A DNA stretch of 64,000 nt from assembly GCA_035568935.1 (NCBI GenBank), contig DATMNP010000121.1:6190-70189 (forward strand). Reading direction: 5' to 3'. Below, one piece after another: positions 31,500 through 40,151 of the stretch. The notes under the pieces were generated by a model that searched no databases, was not told the DNA's origin, and saw only the letters and a program-made list of their open reading frames with translations. Each line of letters starts with the position of its first letter. Positions within the stretch are counted from its first letter, which is position 1. Source of the DNA: Opitutaceae bacterium. Lineage in GTDB: Bacteria; Verrucomicrobiota; Verrucomicrobiia; Opitutales; Opitutaceae. Position numbers and translations under genes: made by a program.

Positions 31500-31672
31500 G
31501 AACATCGAACATCCAACTCCGTGAACATCCAAAATCGACCATCGAACGTCCAAGGCCGGTAGTTGAAGAATTTGTCTCACGCTCGTCTGCCATAGCCTCT
31601 GCAACGAGCCAAGAGAGGAATACTCCGTCTGACTTCGGCGTTCGATGTTCGACGTTCGATGTTCGATGTTCA
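31500..31672. repeat. Long imperfect inverted repeat of gaacatc heptad units (murC::murB-ddl spacer)
   Basis: The left arm gaacatcgaacatcc...gaacatcc...atcgaacgtcc faces the right arm gcgttcgatgttcgacgttcgatgttcgatgttca. The right arm reaches the murC::murB stop. Confidence 0.75.
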
Positions 31673-34048
31673 CAAGACTTCCTCCCATTTTTTCCCGTAG
31701 AGCAGCACCTCGGGCTCGAGCTCGACGCCGCGCGCCTCGCGCACCTGGGCGCGCACCCGGCGCATGAGCGCGATGACGTCCGCGCCGGTGGCGTGGCCGC
31801 GGTTGATGATAAAGTTGGCATGCACGGTGGAGACTTCCGCGTCGCCCACCCGCTCGCCCTTCAGGCCGGCCTCGTCAATGAGGCGGCCCGCGGAATTGCC
31901 CGCCGGGTTCTTGAAAATGCATCCCGCGCTCGGCTCGCGCGGCTGCGTCTCGTGGCGCTTGCGGCGGTAAACATCGATCTGGCGGCTGATCGCCTCGGTG
32001 TCGGCCTGCGCCGCGGGGCGGAGGAGCACGCCGAGCGCCATGGCATCGAGCAGCTCGGCGCAATGGCGGTAGGCCACGTGCATGTCGGCCTTGCGCAGCG
32101 TCTTCACTTCGCCGGCGGGCGTCATGATCTCGACCTCGTCCACGACGTCGAAGATCCAGCCGCCCATCGCGCCGGCATTCATGCGCAGCGCTCCGCCGAC
32201 CGAACCGGGGATGCCCTCGAGGAATTCGAAGCCGACGAGGCCGGCCTTGCCCGCGAGGCCGCAGAGATTTTTCAGGCGCAGGCCCGCGCCCGCCCAGACC
32301 CGGCCGTCGGGCCGCGGCTCGAAGCGCTGCCAGGCTTCATGCGAAAGCGCGATCACGAGGCCATCGACGCCCGCGTCGGGCACGATGAGGTTGGAACCAC
32401 GGCCCAGGAAAAAAATTTCCACGCCGCGCGCCTGCGCCTCGCACAGCAAAACCTGCAGGTCCGCCACCGTGGCCGGCTCGGCATAAACCCGCGCCGCGCC
32501 GCCGACGCGCATCGTCGTCTTCGCCGCGAGCGATTCCTCGCGGGCCAGCCGCGCCCCGGCGGAAAGCCGCGTCCGCAGTGCGTCGGCGAAGTCGTCCCAA
32601 ATTTTGGCCTTCATTTCGTCCGCGCGGCGCAGTTCGAGCCACGCGCGCGCTTTTTGATCGATATCACCGGCGCCGACAAAAGCGACCAGATCTCCGCGCT
32701 GCAACTCGCGGCTGAGGGCGCGAAACAGCGCCGCATCGTCGCCCGGCAGGTAGTCCACCGGCAGCGCAGCGGAATTTTTCTTCAACTCGGCATAGATGTC
32801 GGCCGTCGTGCCGCCGGCGAGCGGCGCCTCGCCCGCGGCATAGACATCGAGCAGGTGCACGCGGTCGGCCAGCGCGAGCGCGGCGGCAAACTCCGCCTTG
32901 AATTGCGCGGTGCGGCTGAAACGGTGCGGCTGGAAGAGGACGATGAGCCGGCCGCGCTCCCCCACCCGGCCGCGCAGGCTGGCGAGAAGCGCACGGATTT
33001 CCGCCGGATGATGAGCATAGTCCTCGAGCACGGTGAGCCCGGGCGCGGCGTGGATCACGCTTTGGCGGCGGCACACGCCCGCGTAGTCGGCCAGCAGGCG
33101 CGGCGCGAGCCCGGCGCCCATGAGCTGGGCGGCAGCCAGTGCCGCCGTGGCATTCGCGGCATTGAACTCGCCCCGGGCGCGAACCTGCGCCTCGGCCATC
33201 GGAAAACGCCCGCCCAGGCGCAGCCGCAGATGTTCGCCCGTTTCCCCGGTAATTTCGCCGGCAAAATCGCCGCTGCGGCCAAAGGTGAAATATTTCGGCC
33301 GCAGGTCGGGGTTTATCCCCGACCGGTCGGGCGCAAAGCCCGGCCCACCGGCGGCCAGCCGCTGCGACAGCGCACAAGTATCGGATGTGAGCACGGTGGA
33401 TTTTGTGCGCGCAAACAGCGCGGCAAAGGCGGTCGCGAAGTCGTCGAGGCGGCGGTAATGGTCGGGATGATCCCAGTCGAGATTGGTCGCGAGGGTGATC
33501 TCCGGCGAAAAAGCATCGATGGTGCCGTCGCTTTCGTCGATCTCGGCCACGACCCAGTCGCTCGAACCGGTGCGCGCGGGTGGCATGGCGTCGTCCGCAA
33601 AGATGCCGCCCAGCACCCAACCGGCGGGAAACTGGGCCCGGCGCAGCGCGGTGACCAGCATCGCCGTGGTCGTGGTCTTCCCGTGCGCACCGCAGACCGC
33701 GACGAGTTTTTTTCCACGCAAGACCTCGGCCAGCAGCTCGCCCCGGCGCACCAGCGGCAGGTTGCGCGCAACGGCGGCAATGCGGGCGGGATGCGATGGC
33801 GCGATGGCCGAGGAATAGACCACGAGCTGGCAGCCGGCGGGCACGGCGCCGGACGGCACCACCGTCACGCGTTCGCGGGTGAGCAGCGCGCGCATCGGCC
33901 CTACCAGCGCATCGTCCTCGCCGGTGACCTCAAAGCCGAGCTGCGCGAGGTAAACCGCCAGCGGACCGACGCCCATGCCGCCCACGCCGACGCAGTGGAT
34001 GGAGCGCACATCGCGCGAATAAAGCGATGGAAGCGGAGCGGATCTCAT
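31670..34048 (-). CDS. murC-murB: Fused UDP-N-acetylmuramate--L-alanine ligase / UDP-N-acetylenolpyruvoylglucosamine reductase
   Basis: The N-terminal half is MurC (IHCVGVGGMGVGPLA, GAHGKTTTTAM). The C-terminal half is MurB (TTMRVGGAARVY, LGRGSNLIV, GGWIFD, SAGCIFKNP). A single 792-aa ORF. Confidence 0.9.
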   Translation of the reverse strand: MRSAPLPSLYSRDVRSIHCVGVGGMGVGPLAVYLAQLGFEVTGEDDALVGPMRALLTRERVTVVPSGAVPAGCQLVVYSSAIAPSHPARIAAVARNLPLVRRGELLAEVLRGKKLVAVCGAHGKTTTTAMLVTALRRAQFPAGWVLGGIFADDAMPPARTGSSDWVVAEIDESDGTIDAFSPEITLATNLDWDHPDHYRRLDDFATAFAALFARTKSTVLTSDTCALSQRLAAGGPGFAPDRSGINPDLRPKYFTFGRSGDFAGEITGETGEHLRLRLGGRFPMAEAQVRARGEFNAANATAALAAAQLMGAGLAPRLLADYAGVCRRQSVIHAAPGLTVLEDYAHHPAEIRALLASLRGRVGERGRLIVLFQPHRFSRTAQFKAEFAAALALADRVHLLDVYAAGEAPLAGGTTADIYAELKKNSAALPVDYLPGDDAALFRALSRELQRGDLVAFVGAGDIDQKARAWLELRRADEMKAKIWDDFADALRTRLSAGARLAREESLAAKTTMRVGGAARVYAEPATVADLQVLLCEAQARGVEIFFLGRGSNLIVPDAGVDGLVIALSHEAWQRFEPRPDGRVWAGAGLRLKNLCGLAGKAGLVGFEFLEGIPGSVGGALRMNAGAMGGWIFDVVDEVEIMTPAGEVKTLRKADMHVAYRHCAELLDAMALGVLLRPAAQADTEAISRQIDVYRRKRHETQPREPSAGCIFKNPAGNSAGRLIDEAGLKGERVGDAEVSTVHANFIINRGHATGADVIALMRRVRAQVREARGVELEPEVLLYGKKWEEVL
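33305..33344. repeat. gtcggg-family bipartite hairpin inserted in-frame in murC
   Basis: gtcggggtttatccccgac-cg-gtcgggcgcaaagcccggc is translated on the minus strand as ...PGFAPDRSGINPDLRP... Confidence 0.8.
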
Positions 34049-34120
34049 TTCAACTTAGATATCTTGGCACTTGTTGCTTTGTTGGAATTTGATCCTTTGG
34101 GATTTGGCGTTTTGCGGCCA

Positions 34121-35272
34121 TCATGCAACGTGGGGCTGGATCGCCGACGGATGGTTCGCGGGGGGATTCTTTTCAGCCGCGGAAGGCCCGATCAGCCCGG
34201 TCAGGTCGTCGAGCAGCAGGTCAAACGACGCGGCATGATCCATGCGCGCGAGATTGGTGCGGAATTTGTTCAGCAGCCAGTCGTTGAAAATCACATCCAG
34301 CACCTCGGCGTGAAGCGTGGAGATAAACATCTGGTCGACGACCACACCGCCGCCCTGTTTTTCGAAAAAAGCGGCGTTGGCCCGCTGGTGGTCGGAGGCG
34401 GCGTACGGATACGGCACGAGGATGGCCGGCGTGGTGCAGCGGATGAGTTCGGCCATGGTGCCGGCGCCGGCCCGGGCCACCACGAGGTCGGCGGCGGAAA
34501 GCAGGCCGGCGACGTCATCGCAGAATGGCGTAAAAACCGCCCGAATGGGGGCGTAGGTCTGCGTGCTGAGTTGAAGGATTTCGTGCCGGCCCTTGCCGAG
34601 CCCGGTGACGCAATAAACCTGCACGCCGGCGTGCGCGAGGCGATCGAGCTGGCTGCGCGCCCAGTCATTGAGCGCCCCGGCGCCCTGGCTGCCGCCGAAA
34701 ACGACGAGGACTTTCTGCCTGGGATCGAGCTCGAGGCGCTCCTGGGCGGCGGCACGCGGCTGGCGGGAAATTTCCCGGCGCACCGGCAGGCTGACGTGCC
34801 GCGTGGCGGAAGCCCGCACGCTGGACAAGCGCACGCCCTGGGGCAAATAGACGCGCTGCACCAGCCGGCCAAGCAGGCAGACCGTGCGGCCGGGCACGCG
34901 ATTGGCCTCGTGCAACGCCACCGGGATGCGGAGCATCCGGCCTGCGATCACCGCCGACACGGAAGTGAAACCGCCAAAACCCACGATGACATCGGGGCGC
35001 ATCTGTCGCATCGCGCGCAGGCTGAAAACGAAACCGCGGACTTGCGACACAACGAAACGCCCCAAGCCCAGCGGGTGCCACGAGAAGCCGGCGCCGGGCA
35101 CGGGCACGAAATTAAAATGTGGATACTTTTCGATGAGCCGCGCATCCACTTTTTTCTGGCTGATAAAAAGAATGATCTGGTGGCCGCGCGCCGTCAGGCC
35201 CTCGGCCAGGGCAATGCCCGGGGCGAGATGTCCGCCCGTGCCGCCGCAGGTGATGATGATTCTTTTGCCCAT
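34121..35272 (-). CDS. murG: Undecaprenyldiphospho-muramoylpentapeptide beta-N-acetylglucosaminyltransferase
   Basis: IIITCGGTGGHLAPGIALAE and VFGGSQGA motifs. Confidence 0.95.
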   Translation of the reverse strand: MGKRIIITCGGTGGHLAPGIALAEGLTARGHQIILFISQKKVDARLIEKYPHFNFVPVPGAGFSWHPLGLGRFVVSQVRGFVFSLRAMRQMRPDVIVGFGGFTSVSAVIAGRMLRIPVALHEANRVPGRTVCLLGRLVQRVYLPQGVRLSSVRASATRHVSLPVRREISRQPRAAAQERLELDPRQKVLVVFGGSQGAGALNDWARSQLDRLAHAGVQVYCVTGLGKGRHEILQLSTQTYAPIRAVFTPFCDDVAGLLSAADLVVARAGAGTMAELIRCTTPAILVPYPYAASDHQRANAAFFEKQGGGVVVDQMFISTLHAEVLDVIFNDWLLNKFRTNLARMDHAASFDLLLDDLTGLIGPSAAEKNPPANHPSAIQPHVA

Positions 35273-35273
35273 G

Positions 35274-36437
35274 TCAGCAGCCGGTTAAAACCCCGTTGAA
35301 CTCGCCGCCGGCCACCGTCAGCGATGGCCGCGACCAGCTCCGCTGGGTGTTGGCAAGGATGCCGAGCAGCAGGCCCATCAGGAGCAGGTTGGACAGGCCG
35401 GCGCTGATGAACGGCAGCGACATGCCCTTGGTGGGAAACAGGCCCGTGACCACGCCGAGGTTGACGATCGCCTGCACGCAGATGAGCAGCAGGCAGCCGG
35501 TGACAAGGAGAAATTGAAACAGATTCGGTGCGCGCCGCAGGTGCACCAGCCCGGCGACAAACATCGTGGTGAAAAGAAGCACGACGCCGAGCGTGGCCCC
35601 CAACCCGAGCTCCTCGCCAATGACCGCAGCAATAAAGTCGTTGTTCGCCTCGGGCAGGAAATTATGCTGCTGGCGGCCGTTGCCGAGTCCGACGCCGGAC
35701 GTGCCACCCGCCGCAAAAGCCGCCTCGGATTGATAAAGCTGGTAGGTGCCGCCTTGTTTGTTGCCCTCGACATCGAGGAAGGCCACGAAACGCCCGAGGC
35801 GATTCGCATTATGCGCCATGGCCACGCCAAAAACCACCACGGCCAGGACAATGGTCGGCACGATGAAGCGCCATTTGGCGCCGGAGAGAAACAGCAGCGT
35901 CAGCCCGACCGTGAGGATCAGCGCCGCCGTGCCGAAATCCGGCTCCTTCAAGACCAGCGCCGAAAAGAGGCCAACAATTCCCAGCGGGTAAACATAGCCG
36001 CGCTTGAGTTCATCGATTTTCGTCTGGTGGATGGCCACGTAGTGCGCGAGGCAGAAGACCATCGTGAGTTTGGCAAACTCGGAGACTTGCAGCCGCAGCG
36101 GCCCGAGGCCGAGCCAGCGCCGGCTGCCCTTGACGGAAACGCCGAGATGCGGCACGAGCACGGCGACCAGGAGGAGAATCGTGACGCCGCCAATGATCCA
36201 CACGTAGCGGCGCAGATAGTCGAGATTCACCCGGCTGGCGATCCAGCCGAGCCCGATGGCGAGCACCACGCCCACGAGCTGTTTTCCCAGGTAGAAATAC
36301 GGCCCTTCCTTGAAATAGGCGCTCGCGCTGAACAGGCTGATCAACCCAAGGATGGTGAGCCCGACCGCGCAGACGACAATGATCGCTACCGGGTTGACCG
36401 AGAAGCGCGGCCGGGGCGAGTCAGAGGCATCAGGCAT
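35274..36437 (-). CDS. ftsW: SEDS-family lipid II polymerase/flippase FtsW
   Basis: FQPSEF-like VSEFAKL, NDFIAAVIGEELG, and about 10 TM segments. Start moved to ATG 36437; the upstream extension overlaps the LysM gene. Confidence 0.9.
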   Translation of the reverse strand: MPDASDSPRPRFSVNPVAIIVVCAVGLTILGLISLFSASAYFKEGPYFYLGKQLVGVVLAIGLGWIASRVNLDYLRRYVWIIGGVTILLLVAVLVPHLGVSVKGSRRWLGLGPLRLQVSEFAKLTMVFCLAHYVAIHQTKIDELKRGYVYPLGIVGLFSALVLKEPDFGTAALILTVGLTLLFLSGAKWRFIVPTIVLAVVVFGVAMAHNANRLGRFVAFLDVEGNKQGGTYQLYQSEAAFAAGGTSGVGLGNGRQQHNFLPEANNDFIAAVIGEELGLGATLGVVLLFTTMFVAGLVHLRRAPNLFQFLLVTGCLLLICVQAIVNLGVVTGLFPTKGMSLPFISAGLSNLLLMGLLLGILANTQRSWSRPSLTVAGGEFNGVLTGC

Positions 36438-36441
36438 GGGT

Positions 36442-37575
36442 TCAGGGAGCGGTCGGCGTACCGGACTGGTCGGCAGTTGGAGCCGGGGCGGGCGCAGGCG
36501 CGGTGTTATTGCTGTCGTCCACCTTGATGACAGGCGGCTCGGTGGCCGTCGGCTTGAGGCCGGCGTCAAGATCCCCGCTCGTCGGCGGTGGCGGCGTGGT
36601 CTCCGGCGGAGTTGCCTCCGGGGTGGATTTTCCGCTGGAAGCGGAGCCATTGGGAATGACCAGCTCCTGGCCGGCGCGGATCTTGCTGGGATCGGAAATA
36701 TTGTTGGCCGTGGCGATTTCGCCGACGGTGACGCCGTATTTCTTGGCAATGGTGCCAAGTTTTTCGCCCGCCTTTACGGTGTGAGTGATGCGACCACCGG
36801 CGCTTGTCGCCGGTTCGTTGCTGGTCGTGTCAGGCGCAGGTGTCGTTTCAGCCACCGGCGCGGAAACTTCAGGTGGGGAACCCGCCGGAAGTTTCAATTG
36901 TTGGCCGAGCCGGACATTGTCGCTTTTCAGATGGTTGATCGACCGAAGCACCCCCACGGTGGTGTGATGGTGCTTGGCGATGAGCCTGAGCGAGTCGCCG
37001 GCTTTCACTTTGTAAGTGGCGCCAGTCGCTCCTTTGTCAGTCGCGGTGGCGGCAGCGGCGCGGGTTCCCGCCGACGAGGCTTTGCCAGGGATAATCAGCT
37101 TCTGGTCGATTTTGATCATGGAACCAGACTTGAGCCCGTTGGCCTTGGCCAGCTCGCTGCGCGTAAGGTGATATTTGGCGGCGATTTTGGAAAGGCTGTC
37201 GCCTTTCACGACCACATACGTGGCGACGGGCGTGACATTGGCGGCCGGCTCGGAGGATTCGATGGCCACGGCGGCGGGCGTGCCTGGACGCGTGGGACTG
37301 TAGAGCGCCGGTCCGCTGTTAAGGTTGATCGTCGGTGTCGCCGACGTGGTGGCCGGATTCAAATCGGCTCCAGCCGGCGAAGGGCTTGCCATCGTGACCG
37401 GCGAGGGATCAAGGGATAAATTGGGTGGCACCGCCGGCGAGGCGTTGTCCGCCGTGCCGGCCACCGACGGCGGCACGGATTTGGTGGTGGAACTGCAGCC
37501 TTGGATGGCAAAAAGCATTCCAATAACCACGACGTGGACGGCCAGGACAATGCCGAGTGTTTTATGTATTTTCAT
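36442..37575 (-). CDS. Lipoprotein with three LysM domains
   Basis: Lipobox AIQGCSS. Three LysM units (YVVVKGDSLSKIAAKY..., YKVKAGDSLRLIAKHH..., HTVKAGEKLGTIAKKY...) are separated by P/T/A-rich linkers. Confidence 0.8.
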   Translation of the reverse strand: MKIHKTLGIVLAVHVVVIGMLFAIQGCSSTTKSVPPSVAGTADNASPAVPPNLSLDPSPVTMASPSPAGADLNPATTSATPTINLNSGPALYSPTRPGTPAAVAIESSEPAANVTPVATYVVVKGDSLSKIAAKYHLTRSELAKANGLKSGSMIKIDQKLIIPGKASSAGTRAAAATATDKGATGATYKVKAGDSLRLIAKHHHTTVGVLRSINHLKSDNVRLGQQLKLPAGSPPEVSAPVAETTPAPDTTSNEPATSAGGRITHTVKAGEKLGTIAKKYGVTVGEIATANNISDPSKIRAGQELVIPNGSASSGKSTPEATPPETTPPPPTSGDLDAGLKPTATEPPVIKVDDSNNTAPAPAPAPTADQSGTPTAP

Positions 37576-37607
37576 AGGAAACGATGGGTTGAAATAAGAG
37601 GTAAAGG

Positions 37608-38903
37608 CTAGCGAAAAACAACGGTTGCTCCCAAGTTATTCACAAGGCGTTCGAATTGTACGCCACGGTCTTCGTAGCTGCGAAACAGATCGAAGCTGGC
37701 AAAGGCGGGACTGAGGAGGACGTGGTCGCCGGGCGCGGCCGCGGCCGCGGCTCGCTCAACCGCTTCGGCGAGCGTGAGGCAGAGCGCACAAGCCACGCCA
37801 TACTCGGCACAAGCCGCGGCCAGGGCATAGCGTGTTTCACCGAGCAAAAAGGCAAATTTCACTCGTGGCGCGATGCGGCTGACAAAGCTGGCCAGATCGC
37901 CGCCCTTGCTCTTGCCACCGGCGATCAGCAGCACCGGGCGGGGAAAATTCGCGAGCGCGCCCTCGACCGCATGGAAATTGGTGGCCTTGGAATCATTCCA
38001 GTAGACCACGCCGTCACGCTCGGAGACCCGGGCGAGGCGGTGGGGGCCAAGGCGGAAGCTGCGGGCGGCGGCCAGCAGGGCCTCGGGCGGAAGTTGTTCA
38101 CTGCGCCACCAGGCGGCGGCCAGGAGGAAATTCTCCCGCTGCGGATAGCCGGCAAAAGGGGTGCCGGCGAGGCCCGAATCGGCGGGGCGGGCCTCGCTGG
38201 CGACCGCGGCACCGGAGGGGAAAGCCCGGCCAAATTTTTCCGCGAAACGCACCGCCGAGCTGCCCGCAAAAACCGTCCCCGGGGAGGCCCGCGCGACCAG
38301 GTTCCACTTCGCGGCAAAGTAATTTTCCATCGTGCCGTGGCGCTCAAGGTGGTCTTCGGCAAAATTCGTCCACAGCACGGCGTTGGCCCGGAAATACTTC
38401 AAGGTCTCGGCCTGGAACGAGCTCACTTCGCACACGGCGGTCGCATTGGCCCGGTCGCCGTTGTCCTCGGTGACAAGCTGCGAAAAGGCCTGGCCGATGT
38501 TGCCGGCGACCCGCGCATCGCGGCCGATCGAGCGCAGCGCATGGGCGAGAAATTCGGTGAGCGTGGTCTTGCCGTTGGTTCCCGTGATCGCGAGGACGCG
38601 GCCCGGCCAGAACAGCGAGGCGAAATCGAGTTCGCCCAGGCAGGTCGCGCCGGCGGCGCGCGCCGCCGCGAGCCACGGATGCCCCGGCGCAAAGCCGGGA
38701 CTGAAGACCACAAGGCTGTGTCCCGGGGCCGCGGATACAAAATCGACCGCCGCGCCCTCCCCGCCCTTCTCATCGTAAAGCCCGGCGCGGGCTCCGAGTT
38801 GCCCGAGCAACCCCGCGACGGCGCGTCCGCTCACGCCGGCCCCGAGCACGGCGACGGGTTTCGCAAGCAGCGGCTTTAAAAAATCGGGAACGGCGAGAGA
38901 CAT
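37608..38903 (-). CDS. murD: UDP-N-acetylmuramoylalanine--D-glutamate ligase
   Basis: VLGAGVSGRA and ITGTNGKTT, plus its position in the dcw cluster. Confidence 0.9.
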   Translation of the reverse strand: MSLAVPDFLKPLLAKPVAVLGAGVSGRAVAGLLGQLGARAGLYDEKGGEGAAVDFVSAAPGHSLVVFSPGFAPGHPWLAAARAAGATCLGELDFASLFWPGRVLAITGTNGKTTLTEFLAHALRSIGRDARVAGNIGQAFSQLVTEDNGDRANATAVCEVSSFQAETLKYFRANAVLWTNFAEDHLERHGTMENYFAAKWNLVARASPGTVFAGSSAVRFAEKFGRAFPSGAAVASEARPADSGLAGTPFAGYPQRENFLLAAAWWRSEQLPPEALLAAARSFRLGPHRLARVSERDGVVYWNDSKATNFHAVEGALANFPRPVLLIAGGKSKGGDLASFVSRIAPRVKFAFLLGETRYALAAACAEYGVACALCLTLAEAVERAAAAAAPGDHVLLSPAFASFDLFRSYEDRGVQFERLVNNLGATVVFR

Positions 38904-38921
38904 GGGGGCTATAACAGGCAG

Positions 38922-38976
38922 GGGCGGCTGACCTCAGCCGCCCGCTTGTGCGGCGGTCCGTTGAGGTCAACGGACC
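38922..38976. repeat. Bipartite hairpin element in the murD-mraY spacer
   Basis: gggcggctg-acct-cagccgccc (38922-38943) and ggtccgttg-aggt-caacggacc (38955-38976) are inverted near-copies. They are flanked by gcag...ctgc. Confidence 0.85.
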
Positions 38977-39029
38977 CTGCCACGACAAAATAAATGCGAC
39001 ATTGCAAGAGCATGCTAATGGAAATTTTT

Positions 39030-40151
39030 CTAGCGGAGTTTTAACGTGCCGAGCCCGATGAGCGCGCACATGAGCGAAAGTATCCAAAAACGCAGGACAA
39101 CTTTCGTCTCGGGCCAGCCGAGTTTTTGAAAGTGGTGGTGAACGGGAGCCATGAGGAAAAAGCGCTGGCCGACACCGGTGCGGCGGCGGGTGGCCTTGAA
39201 ATACCCGACCTGGATGATGACCGACATGGCTTCCATGACAAACACGCCGCCGACGATGACGAGGGTGAGCGGTTGTTGCACCATGAAAGCGATCACGCCG
39301 ATGAGGCCGCCGAGCGCAAGGGAGCCGGTGTCGCCCATGAAAACCTCGGCGGGATGCGAGTTATACCAAAGAAAGGCCATGCCGGCGCCGACCAGCGCGC
39401 CGCAAATGACCGCCAGTTCACCCGTGCCCGGCACGAAACCGATCAGCAGGTAGTCCGCCAGCCGGGTGTTGCCCGCGGCGTAGGCCATGAGCCCGTAAAC
39501 CAGCGCCACCGTGATCGTGCAGCCGATGGCGAGGCCGTCGAGGCCGTCGGTGAGGTTGATGGCGTTGCTAAAACCGACGAGCCAGAAAAACATCAGGACA
39601 AAGAGCGAGCCGAACCCGCCCAGGCCGGCAAAGATCAAAATCGGATGCTTGTTGAACGGCACCCACAGCTCGCGGATTTTTTGCGCACTGAGCGGGTGCC
39701 ACAGCAGCACCGCCAGCGCCACGGCGGTGATGAGCGTCTGCCAGGAGATCTTCTCCAGCGAATTTATTCCGGCCCGGTTCTTGCGCACGACCTTGAGGTA
39801 GTCGTCGCGAAAGCCCACGGCCGTAAGCGCAACATAGACGAACATCGCGACCACGACCCAGATGTTGGGCGCCGCCCACAGGAAGGTCGCGCCAAAGACC
39901 GCCGTAAAAACGAGCAATCCGCCCATCGTCGGCGTGTTTTTCTTGTCGAATTTTTTGGCGAGGTCGCCGGTGCGGTCGTCGTCGTAGCTCTGGCCAAACT
40001 TCAGGCGGCGAAGGCTGGCGATGAGCCGCGGCGCGATGGCAAAGCCGATCAACGCGGCCGTGACCGTGGCCAGGAGCGTGCGAAAGGTGATGAACCGCAG
40101 CAGGCGCAGCGGGCCGAAGTAATCTGCGAAATTGGCGAGGTAGCTCAGCAT
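39030..40151 (-). CDS. mraY: Phospho-N-acetylmuramoyl-pentapeptide transferase
   Basis: PTMGG, NLTDGLDGLA and FMGDTGSLALGG motifs. Start moved to ATG 40151 (MLSYLANF), overlapping the murF stop. Confidence 0.95.
   Translation of the reverse strand: MLSYLANFADYFGPLRLLRFITFRTLLATVTAALIGFAIAPRLIASLRRLKFGQSYDDDRTGDLAKKFDKKNTPTMGGLLVFTAVFGATFLWAAPNIWVVVAMFVYVALTAVGFRDDYLKVVRKNRAGINSLEKISWQTLITAVALAVLLWHPLSAQKIRELWVPFNKHPILIFAGLGGFGSLFVLMFFWLVGFSNAINLTDGLDGLAIGCTITVALVYGLMAYAAGNTRLADYLLIGFVPGTGELAVICGALVGAGMAFLWYNSHPAEVFMGDTGSLALGGLIGVIAFMVQQPLTLVIVGGVFVMEAMSVIIQVGYFKATRRRTGVGQRFFLMAPVHHHFQKLGWPETKVVLRFWILSLMCALIGLGTLKLR

Noticed and set aside
31500-31672. Possible CRISPR-like array because of the repeated gaacatc units. 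The ccccaatccgaca tandem units at 57871-57910 were also considered.
   Set aside because: The units are 7-13 nt, contiguous or inverted, without unique spacers of CRISPR size and with no cas genes. They are simple repeat-unit hairpins or microsatellite-like tandems.
31304-35299. 1331-aa plus-strand ORF spanning ddl, murC::murB and murG. Similar giant ORFs lie at 40208-43144, 16866-19421, 10492-11994, 19593-20819 and 8381-9589.
   Set aside because: They are antisense shadows of strongly recognisable minus-strand genes in GC-rich DNA. The translations are R/A/G/H-rich low-complexity sequence with no domain-like motifs.
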